Shown here in pieces: positions 8,871-17,009 of a stretch of DNA of 64,000 bases. The stretch's first letter is position 1; each line of letters begins with the position of its first letter. The position numbers were made by a program, and so were the translations under genes. This DNA comes from an uncultured Fibrobacteria bacterium (GTDB lineage: Bacteria > Fibrobacterota > Fibrobacteria > UBA11236), in assembly GCA_963716395.1 (NCBI GenBank), contig OY970309.1, positions 2,528,001 through 2,592,000 on the forward strand. The letters are read 5' to 3'. Below the pieces are notes generated by a model. It was given only the letters and a program-made list of their open reading frames with translations. It was not told the origin of the DNA and ran no database searches.

Positions 8871-10037
8871 ATGGCGCCCGCTTTGTTCGACTCCCAGACG
8901 CGCGCGCCGGCCGACTGCTCCATCAAGGTGGGTGCGGCCGGGCAGGAGATTACCGATCTCTACCCGTTCCTGATCGAAGTGACCGTGGAGACCAGCCGCA
9001 CCGAAGCCGCCACCGCCACCCTGACCTTCGAGACGCGGCGCGACGAGCAGGGGACGTGGGTGGTGCAGGACGCCGGAATTCTGCTGCCGTGGGAGCCCAT
9101 CGTCATCGCGGCCGTGTTCGGCGAACGCAGCGAAGAGGTGATGCGCGGCTATATCCGCCAGGTCAACACCGAGTATCCCGAAAACCAGGGTAGCGCGCAG
9201 GTTAAGGTGGAGTGCCAGGATACTTCCCTCCGCCTGGATCGCGTGCAACAGCGCAAAACCTGGGGCACCACCGATGCGCCCGTCACCGACCCGCAAATCG
9301 TGAATCAAATCCTGTCGGCCTATGACGGCGTTACCACGGCCTCGTCTCTGGGGACCGGGCAAGACGGTTTGATCAACATCAACCAGAACGAGTCGGATAT
9401 CCAATTCCTGAAAAAGCGGGCCGAGGTCAACGGCTACGAACTCATCTTCTCCGAGGGCCAGTTGTATTTCGGCCCTCTGCGCCTCGAAGCCGACGCGCAG
9501 GACAGCATATTGGTTTACGCCGGTCCCGATACGAATTGCCTGAGCTTCCGCGTCAGCGCCGACGGGCATTTGCCGGACGCGATCGCCTACGATATCCCGG
9601 ATGCCCAAGGCAGCGGAACGACTTCCAGCGACCCCATTCCGCCGAATCTGCATCGGCTGGGACCCACGCATGCCGACAGCAACGCGTCGGGACTGGAAAA
9701 CTTCGTGTGGAAGATGAGCGGCGAAGCCTCGGCCGACGGCGCCAGCGTGCAGAACCTGGCGCAGCAAAAGGCCAATGAATACGACATCCAGAAGGTGAAG
9801 GCCGAAGGCGAACTCGACGGCACCTTGTACGGCCACGTGCTCCAGGTCGGCTTGCCCGTGCCCGTGGATGGCCTGGGAGACTGGCTGTCGGGAACCTATT
9901 ACGTCGACAAGGTGAGCCACACCTTCAACGACAACGGCTACAAGCAGCGCTTCAACCTGTTGCGCAACGCCTTTGGCGACAATCTCGATTCTCTACCCGG
10001 CGGCGGCGTGCTGGGCGCGGTGTTGGGGGCGCTATGA
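8871..10037 (+). CDS. Baseplate hub protein (phage late control D / gp27-like)
   Basis: QNESDIQFLKKRAEVNGY, VPVDGLG..LSGTYYV..VSHTF...GYKQRF.L.RNA. Confidence 0.85.
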   Translation: MAPALFDSQTRAPADCSIKVGAAGQEITDLYPFLIEVTVETSRTEAATATLTFETRRDEQGTWVVQDAGILLPWEPIVIAAVFGERSEEVMRGYIRQVNTEYPENQGSAQVKVECQDTSLRLDRVQQRKTWGTTDAPVTDPQIVNQILSAYDGVTTASSLGTGQDGLININQNESDIQFLKKRAEVNGYELIFSEGQLYFGPLRLEADAQDSILVYAGPDTNCLSFRVSADGHLPDAIAYDIPDAQGSGTTSSDPIPPNLHRLGPTHADSNASGLENFVWKMSGEASADGASVQNLAQQKANEYDIQKVKAEGELDGTLYGHVLQVGLPVPVDGLGDWLSGTYYVDKVSHTFNDNGYKQRFNLLRNAFGDNLDSLPGGGVLGAVLGAL

Positions 10038-10864
10038 GCACCGAAGAGGAATTGATGCGCATGGTGCGCGCCTTGCGCGACCGCCATTTCGGCAAGTACC
10101 GCGGCTTTGTGGTCGACAACGCCGATCCCGACAAGCGCGGCCGGCTCAAGGTCAGCGTGCCCGCTTTGTTCGCGCAGGAGACCTTGGATTGGGCCTTGCC
10201 CTGTCTGCCCTTCGGCGGCTTGCAGGATCAAGGCCTGTTTGTCGTGCCGGATATCGGGGCGCAGGTATGGGTCGAATTCGAGAGCGGCGATCGCAACTAT
10301 CCGCTGTGGACCGGAACCTTCTGGCAGGCGCAGGGCGATGCGCCCAAAGACGCGGGCGGCAATGATCCCGATCCCACCGTGCGGGTCATCAAGACGGCGA
10401 AAGGGCATTTCCTTCTCTTCAACGACGCCGACAACGCCGAGCAAATCCATCTGGAGCACAGCGCCGGCGCCACGCTCGACATCGATGCGCACGGCACCAT
10501 GGTGTTGACCGACGCCGGTAACAACAGCGTGACCTTGGACGCGCAGAACAAAAAGATCGCCCTGGAAGACGCGAACAACAACACCGTGACCCTGGATTCC
10601 TCCGGTATCAAGTTGCAGGACGGCAACGGCAATTCCATCGAGATGAGCGCCAGCGGCGTGAAGATCTCGGGACAGCAAATCGTGCTCGACGGCACCCAGG
10701 TGGCGCTGGGCGGATCGGGCGGCGAGCCCATCATCAAGGGCCAGAGTTTTCTCACCTTGCTGGCCACGCACATCCATACCTGCCCGCCCACCGGCGGCCC
10801 GAGCACGCCGCCCATTCCGCAAGGCGAGATGAGCACCTTGTCGATGAAAGTAATGACATCCTGA
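10034..10864 (+). CDS. Baseplate spike (gpV / gp5 OB-fold + beta-helix, HxH apex)
   Basis: GKYRGFVVDNADPDKRGRLKVSVP, WALPCLP, VWVEFESGD; beta-repeats LTDAGNNSVTLD/LEDANNNTVTLD/LQDGNGNSIEM; THIHT. Confidence 0.9.
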   Translation: MSTEEELMRMVRALRDRHFGKYRGFVVDNADPDKRGRLKVSVPALFAQETLDWALPCLPFGGLQDQGLFVVPDIGAQVWVEFESGDRNYPLWTGTFWQAQGDAPKDAGGNDPDPTVRVIKTAKGHFLLFNDADNAEQIHLEHSAGATLDIDAHGTMVLTDAGNNSVTLDAQNKKIALEDANNNTVTLDSSGIKLQDGNGNSIEMSASGVKISGQQIVLDGTQVALGGSGGEPIIKGQSFLTLLATHIHTCPPTGGPSTPPIPQGEMSTLSMKVMTS

Positions 10865-10865
10865 T

Positions 10866-11252
10866 ATGGCGCAGCGGCTCACCGATCCCCCGTATCTGGA
10901 ATTTCCCCTGCGCATTCAAAGCGCGGGCGCGGTGCAGGCCGATCGCTCGCGCCATGTGCGCGATCAAATCGAACAGGTTTTGTTCACCTTACCCAATGAA
11001 CGCGTGTTCCGCCCCGACTTCGGCGCCGGGGTGCAGGCCTTGGTGTTCGAACCCAATGCATCGGCCATGTGGCTGGTGACGCGCAAACGGCTCATCTCCT
11101 CGCTGGCCCAGGCCTTGAGCGGCGACGTGGATCCGCGTTCCCTCGACGTCGACGTGACCGGCCAGGACGCCACCTTGAGCATCACCGTGTCGTACAGCCT
11201 CTCGACCCTGGGCGTGCGTGATTCCCAAACCTTCGCCCTGGGGGGTGGGTAA
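10866..11252 (+). CDS. GPW/gp25 sheath initiator (Afp9-like)
   Basis: IEQVLFTLPNERVFRPDFGAGV..LVFEPN. Confidence 0.9.
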   Translation: MAQRLTDPPYLEFPLRIQSAGAVQADRSRHVRDQIEQVLFTLPNERVFRPDFGAGVQALVFEPNASAMWLVTRKRLISSLAQALSGDVDPRSLDVDVTGQDATLSITVSYSLSTLGVRDSQTFALGGG

Positions 11253-11253
11253 C

Positions 11254-12441
11254 ATGGCCGATAACCCGCAAATCGATTTGGTGTTCCAGGGCCAATGCCC
11301 GGATTGCGCCGAGCGCGTGGCGGAAATGCCCCAGGCCCTGCCCGCCGTGGGCGACGACTTCGATTGGAATGTCCGCGACTTCGACTCGTTCCGCCGCTTC
11401 CTGCTCGAGGAATTGGCCGCGCGCTTTCCCGCACGCACGCGCTGGACGCCGGCCGACGTCGAAGTCGCCTTGGCCGAAGTGCTGGCCTTTGCGCTGGATC
11501 AACTTTCCGACGCCTTGGATCGCGTGGCTGCCGAAGGCGTGCTCGCCACTGCGCGCCGCCCCGAATCGGTGCGCCGGCTGCTGAATCTGATCGGCTATGA
11601 CGCGCTGGCCTTGGCGAACGCCGAGCGGAACAACTTTTTCAACCACCCGGTCACGCCCGGCGATACGCGCACGCCCGAGCAGCGCTTCGAGCAATTCTGG
11701 TCCGACAACCCGGCGGAAATGGAAGCGGCGCGCATCACGGGTCCGCGCGAAATCCACACCCAGCGTCGCATGGTCACGCTCGACGATTACGTCACCCGCC
11801 TCGAAGAACATCCGCTGGTGCTGCGCGCGCAGTCTTCTTCGGCCTGGAGCGGATCCTGGACGCGCGTGCAGGTGGCCGTGATCAATTGGCAGCGCCATGC
11901 GCTCGACGAAACCGGCGTAGTCTTTCCCGGGGATCTCTGGACCGAGGTCGCCAATTTTTACACCGAGCGCGGATTGGATGCGCCCAACCTCAGCGCGCTC
12001 ACCACCTTGCGCAGCGTCCTTATGCCCTATATTGATGCCTATCGCATGGCCGGCCAGGAAGTGGTGCTGCTGGACGCGGTGGAAGTCGGTATTCTCATTT
12101 CGCTCTCCATCGAAGTCGACGCCAATTATTTCCAGTCCGAAGTGCGCCGCGCCGTGGAGCAGGCCTTGGGCACGGGGCCCGGCGGCTTTTTCGAACCGGG
12201 TCGCCTGCAATTCGGCGAAGACCTGCATGCCGGAGATTTGTTCCAGACCTTGATGTCGCTCGACGGCGTCGACAACGTGTGCTTGAACCGCTTCAAACGC
12301 ATGGGCGATCAATATCCCGATGAAGCCGATTTTGGCCGCATCACCTTGAGCGGGCTCGAGGTCGCCATCTGCGACGACGATCCCCAGCATCCGGAACGCG
12401 GCTATTACCGGCTCAAGCTGGGCGGCGGACGCAAGGGTTAG
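11254..12441 (+). CDS. Short baseplate J-like wedge protein
   Basis: RDFDSFRR.LLE, D.LS..LDRVAAE..L.TARRPESVRRL..LIGY, RMVTLDDY, FEPGRLQFG, GVDNV. Confidence 0.8.
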   Translation: MADNPQIDLVFQGQCPDCAERVAEMPQALPAVGDDFDWNVRDFDSFRRFLLEELAARFPARTRWTPADVEVALAEVLAFALDQLSDALDRVAAEGVLATARRPESVRRLLNLIGYDALALANAERNNFFNHPVTPGDTRTPEQRFEQFWSDNPAEMEAARITGPREIHTQRRMVTLDDYVTRLEEHPLVLRAQSSSAWSGSWTRVQVAVINWQRHALDETGVVFPGDLWTEVANFYTERGLDAPNLSALTTLRSVLMPYIDAYRMAGQEVVLLDAVEVGILISLSIEVDANYFQSEVRRAVEQALGTGPGGFFEPGRLQFGEDLHAGDLFQTLMSLDGVDNVCLNRFKRMGDQYPDEADFGRITLSGLEVAICDDDPQHPERGYYRLKLGGGRKG

Positions 12442-12455
12442 CCGGGTAGGGAAGC

Positions 12456-15380
12456 ATGGCCGAAGACTTGACCCGTTGGAACCGCGCCGGACTCACGCGC
12501 TTCCGTTATATCGACGGCAATGCCGCGACGTATCTGGAATATTTGCGTGGCCTGTTGGCCGAGCGCTTTCCCGCCTGGGGTGAAGTACAGGCCGTGATAC
12601 CCGCCGATGAGACCGAAGCCGCAACCAAGCAGCGCCTCGAGGATCAATACGCCCAAACACCAGGCGATTTGCTCGCGGCCCTGCTGCGCACCTTTGCGCG
12701 CGCCACGCATATCCTCACCGAAACCGCCGATGCCTACGCCAACGAAGCCTATCTCGGCACGGCCACGCAATGGGACAACGTGCGCAAGCTGGTGGAGATG
12801 CTCGACTATCATCCCAGCCCGCCGGCTTCGGCTTTCACCACCTTGCTGCTCAACGCCAAAGAGGGCCAAAGCGGCGTGGTGTCAACGGGTTTCCAAATCA
12901 AATACGCGCCGGCCACGGGCGATCCCGTGGTGTTCGAAACCCTGGCCGACCTCACCGTCGATTCCACCCTCAACGCCTTGCACCCCAGCGAATACCTGCG
13001 CAACCCGGCGCGGCTCGGCGGCCATACCTTGGCGTTGGCCGGCAAGGTCGAAGATTTGAAAACCGGCGAACCGTTGGTGCTCGAAGACGAACGCAACGGA
13101 AATTTGCTGGCGTACATCATTCAAGGCGTGGCCGAAAGCGACGACGCGACCACGGTCACTGTCAATCCTCCGCTGTCGCATCAATTCGCGTCGGGCTATA
13201 CCCTCGTGCATGCGGTGGCCAAAGACAAGCTTTCGCCGCTGGCTCCCAAGGCGTCGGGCGCGGTGATTGCGCGCTCGCTGCAATTGACCGGCCCGACCAC
13301 GGGATTACAGGCGGGCGACGTGGTCATCGTGGGATCGCCGGGCAAAAAACCTTTTTACCAGCGCCTGCGCTATGTCGAGCCCACGCGCCTGGTGTTCACC
13401 GAAGACCTGGGCGAACTCGATCTCGACAACGCCACGGTGTCGCAACCCGTAACCCTGGCCGTGGCCCAGCACGGCCAGCGCAGCACCTCGGGCGGCAGCG
13501 TGCTCGGCATCGTGTACGCGGCCGGCGATTGGACGCGTCTGGCCGGGCTGTGGGCGGCGGATTCACGCCTGGCGGGCACGCAAAAAGTCTTGCCGATGTA
13601 TGAGGTGATGACGGCCAATTACGTCGCGGCCGGCACCAGCGTTTCGCCGCCCCCGGCTAACGCCAAGGCCGGCTTCACGGCTTTGACCTTGCGCTGGAAC
13701 CAGAACGAGGATCGCGTGTCGGCCGCCGGAGAATTTTACTTGAACAATCCCCAAACATTATTGGTGCCCCCGGTGTCGCCCGGGCCTTGGCAGGTGGACG
13801 CGTTTTTGCAGAAGTCTTCCGGGCATTTGCCCTCGACGGTGGTGACGAACCTGGCCAAGAAGGCCGCCGCGGGGGATTTGGCCGTGGTGGTCGAAGCCGG
13901 CCAAGCCGCCTGGTGCCGGCTGCAATCGGTGGCCAACGATTTGCAGCACGGCCAATCGCAATTGCGCGCCCAAGGCGGCTGGCAGGATCGGGGCGGCGGA
14001 CCGTTTTACCTGACCCGCACCACGGTGTATGCGCATTTCCAAACCCAGGCCCGCGTCTTGAATTGGACGGAAAACGATACGGCCATCACGGGGAAAATCG
14101 TGCCCGTCGCCGCCATTCCCGCTGCGTTGGCCAAGGGGCGCGTGCTGGTGGCCCAGAGCAACGGGGCGGCGGTCAAAACCACGGTGGCGCAATTGCATGC
14201 CGGCGCCAGTCCGCCGCAAATCATTCTGGCCGACGACGTACCCGACGGGTCCACCGTCAACTCGCTGGTGCTGGGCGGTAATGCCGTGCCGGCCGGGCAT
14301 GGCGAAACGCGATCGGAACGCGTGCTGGGCAGCGGCGACGCCACCCAGCTCAACATGTCTTTTCTGCTGCCCTTGTCGGGAATCTCTTTCGTGGCCGACG
14401 CCTCGCAGCCCAGCGGCGTGGCCGCGGCCATGGACGTCAAGGTCGACGGCGTGATTTGGAACCAGGTCGGCAACCTCAAGGATTCCGGTCCGGCCGATAT
14501 CGATTACACGGTGCGCATGACGGAAGACGGCTATGTCACCATCGGCTTCGGCGACGGCGTCAACGGCCGCCGCCTGCCCACGGGGACGAACAATGTGCGC
14601 GTCCAGTTCCGCCAGGGCGTGGGCGCAGCCGGGAATTTATCCGTGGGATCGCTGGTGAAACCGGTGAAGCCGCATCGCCTGCTTGAGTCCACCATGCCGG
14701 TCTCCCAGCCGTTGCCGGCTAGCGGCGGGGCCGACATGGAAGGCGTGGAATCGCTGCGCACCGACGCGCCGGCCACGGTGCTGACCTTGGAGCGCGCGGT
14801 GTCGCTCGACGATTTTGCCCTGCTCATGCGCGCCAACAGCAGCGTGGCGCAAGCGCGCGCCTTTTCGCTGCCCACGGGATTCGGCCAGCGCGAAAACATC
14901 GAAGTGGTGGTGATTCCCGCGGGCGGTGCGGCCTTCACGCCCGATCTCGCAGCCGCCTTGGAAAGTTATGCCTTAACCGCGGCGTTACCTGGGGTGCAGG
15001 TCAAGGCCAGCGCCTATGAGCCGGTCATCGTGTCGTTTTCCATCACCATCCGCGTGATCACTGCCGAGTTCGACGGCGACGCCGTGGCCGCCGAAGTGCG
15101 GTCGCAGCTCGCATCGGCTTTTGCTTTGCGGAGCCGCGGGCTGGGCCAGGCCTTGTACCAGGGTGACTTGTTTAAGGTGGTCGAAGGCGTCGAAGGCGTG
15201 GAGAACTCGGATTGCGTGATTCAATTCAATCCCGTGGGCCAAGCCCTGACCGAGCAGCCGCAGGTCGTGGCCGGGCCCGACGGCATGATCCGCATGCTGC
15301 GCCCGGGGGATCGGCAATGTTTGCATTTGGATCCTGTGCATCCTGTGGTTGATGTCACCGTGCAGGAATATTCGTTATGA
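12456..15380 (+). CDS. Large baseplate J-like protein (Afp11-like)
   Basis: ANEAYLGTATQ..VRKLVEMLDYHP, VVFET, FGDGVNGRRLPTG, G.G..GN, GGAD.E, RAVSLDDF, VEGVE. Confidence 0.88.
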   Translation: MAEDLTRWNRAGLTRFRYIDGNAATYLEYLRGLLAERFPAWGEVQAVIPADETEAATKQRLEDQYAQTPGDLLAALLRTFARATHILTETADAYANEAYLGTATQWDNVRKLVEMLDYHPSPPASAFTTLLLNAKEGQSGVVSTGFQIKYAPATGDPVVFETLADLTVDSTLNALHPSEYLRNPARLGGHTLALAGKVEDLKTGEPLVLEDERNGNLLAYIIQGVAESDDATTVTVNPPLSHQFASGYTLVHAVAKDKLSPLAPKASGAVIARSLQLTGPTTGLQAGDVVIVGSPGKKPFYQRLRYVEPTRLVFTEDLGELDLDNATVSQPVTLAVAQHGQRSTSGGSVLGIVYAAGDWTRLAGLWAADSRLAGTQKVLPMYEVMTANYVAAGTSVSPPPANAKAGFTALTLRWNQNEDRVSAAGEFYLNNPQTLLVPPVSPGPWQVDAFLQKSSGHLPSTVVTNLAKKAAAGDLAVVVEAGQAAWCRLQSVANDLQHGQSQLRAQGGWQDRGGGPFYLTRTTVYAHFQTQARVLNWTENDTAITGKIVPVAAIPAALAKGRVLVAQSNGAAVKTTVAQLHAGASPPQIILADDVPDGSTVNSLVLGGNAVPAGHGETRSERVLGSGDATQLNMSFLLPLSGISFVADASQPSGVAAAMDVKVDGVIWNQVGNLKDSGPADIDYTVRMTEDGYVTIGFGDGVNGRRLPTGTNNVRVQFRQGVGAAGNLSVGSLVKPVKPHRLLESTMPVSQPLPASGGADMEGVESLRTDAPATVLTLERAVSLDDFALLMRANSSVAQARAFSLPTGFGQRENIEVVVIPAGGAAFTPDLAAALESYALTAALPGVQVKASAYEPVIVSFSITIRVITAEFDGDAVAAEVRSQLASAFALRSRGLGQALYQGDLFKVVEGVEGVENSDCVIQFNPVGQALTEQPQVVAGPDGMIRMLRPGDRQCLHLDPVHPVVDVTVQEYSL

Positions 15381-16987
15381 ACGTAGAAGCCGATTTGGCC
15401 AACCAACTGTACCGATTGTTGCCGGGCGTGTTTCGCACGCGCGACAACCCGACCCTCGACACGAACGGCGGCGTCCTTGAACCCGGCGACTTGGCCCAAT
15501 GGCTGTCGGCCCAAGGCACCTTGCTCGACCGCGTGCATCGGACCTTGGTGCAAATGCTGTATGATCATTTTCCCGACGAAGCCGGCGACGACGCCAACGG
15601 CACGCCCCGCAGTTGCCAGCCCTGGCTGCTGCCGTATTTCGCCCAGTTGCTCGACGTATCCTTGGTGTCACCCGAGGTCGAGGGCCAGCGCGCCGAAGTC
15701 GCCAACGCCGTGGTCTGGCGCCAACGCAAGGGCACCTTGCCCTGTGTCGAAGACATCGCACGGCAAGTCGGGCAGCTCGAAGTCGAAATCCAGGAAGGCT
15801 GGCAGCGTGTGGCCGTCACCCCGCGCGTGGGCGATCCCCTATTGCCGGCCACAGCCCTGGGCGAAGCGCATGATCTAAACATGAACACCTTGCCGCCCAC
15901 CCGTCGGGCCTTGCATCCCGGCTTACCGGCGGCCACCATCGACTTTCGGCAATTGTCGCGCGCCGTACAATGCGATCCGTCCAATCCGGCCGCCCACACC
16001 ACCGTGTTTGCGGGTATGCCGGTGTCGTGGCGGCGCATCCATCCGCATGGCGCGCCCTGTTTACCCGGAAGTTACCAGGATTCCAGCCGCCGCGTGCCGG
16101 ATCTGCGCGACCCGGCCTGGAACCGCGGCCAATTCCATCCGCGCCGTTTGCTTTTGTTCTTTCCTCCGCCCGACGGTTTTTTCAGCCGCACGGCCTCCAG
16201 CGTTTTGTGGACCGATATTCAGGCCGAAAGCAATTTCGGGAATAGCCTGATTCAAATCCACACCGACACGTCCTCGTTCCATGGCGCGACGGTGCCGCGT
16301 GTGCGCTATGTCGGCCTCACGCCCGATCCCTTGCGCATCAAAGGGCCGATCACCTTGGCCGCCGACGCCGTCTACCATTTCGAAAACGTGTGGCTCGACA
16401 GTAACCTCGACGTGACGCATGGCAAAGCCGAATTCGTGGGTTGCGCCGTGCATAAAATAACGGTGCATGCCGCCGGCGTGAACGAACCGGCGCTTGACGC
16501 CCAAGACACCTTGATCCGCACCCTCCTCGTATCCAAGGCATTGGCGCGCCTCGAATACGTGACCGTGCTGCATGAACTCGTGGCCCAGGCCCTGCAAGCC
16601 AGCGATTGCATATTGCTGCCGGATCTGCACAAGGATTTGTCGGGCACGGCGCCGCCGGCCAGCGGCTGCCTGCGGTATTCGCGCCTTCCCGCTCAAACCT
16701 TTCCCTTGTCCTTGTCGCTTTTGCAAAGCAGCAATACCGACGCCCCGCCCTGGTTTTTCTCCACCCAATTCGGACAACCCGGCTGCGGAGTGCTGCACCC
16801 CGGCGCGGACCCCGCGCTACTGTCGGGCGCCGAAGACGGCGGCGAAATGGGGGCCTATCACGACCGGCGTTATGTGCTGCGGCAGCAGGCCATTGTCGAC
16901 AAGCTCGCCGATTATCTGCCGGTGGGATTGACCCCGGTGCTCATTCCCGATACCACCTTGTCCTGCCCGCCGCCGCGCGCCGTTTGA
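15377..16987 (+). CDS. Baseplate wedge / tail protein (P2 gpI-like N-terminus)
   Basis: LYRLLPGVFRTRD, CQPWLLPYFAQLL, RAEVANAV.WRQRKGT, GAEDGGEMGAYH...L.DYLPVGL; precedes the DUF6519 gene. Confidence 0.8.
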   Translation: MNVEADLANQLYRLLPGVFRTRDNPTLDTNGGVLEPGDLAQWLSAQGTLLDRVHRTLVQMLYDHFPDEAGDDANGTPRSCQPWLLPYFAQLLDVSLVSPEVEGQRAEVANAVVWRQRKGTLPCVEDIARQVGQLEVEIQEGWQRVAVTPRVGDPLLPATALGEAHDLNMNTLPPTRRALHPGLPAATIDFRQLSRAVQCDPSNPAAHTTVFAGMPVSWRRIHPHGAPCLPGSYQDSSRRVPDLRDPAWNRGQFHPRRLLLFFPPPDGFFSRTASSVLWTDIQAESNFGNSLIQIHTDTSSFHGATVPRVRYVGLTPDPLRIKGPITLAADAVYHFENVWLDSNLDVTHGKAEFVGCAVHKITVHAAGVNEPALDAQDTLIRTLLVSKALARLEYVTVLHELVAQALQASDCILLPDLHKDLSGTAPPASGCLRYSRLPAQTFPLSLSLLQSSNTDAPPWFFSTQFGQPGCGVLHPGADPALLSGAEDGGEMGAYHDRRYVLRQQAIVDKLADYLPVGLTPVLIPDTTLSCPPPRAV

Positions 16988-17009
16988 CCCAACTTTTTCC
17001 GAGGACACC

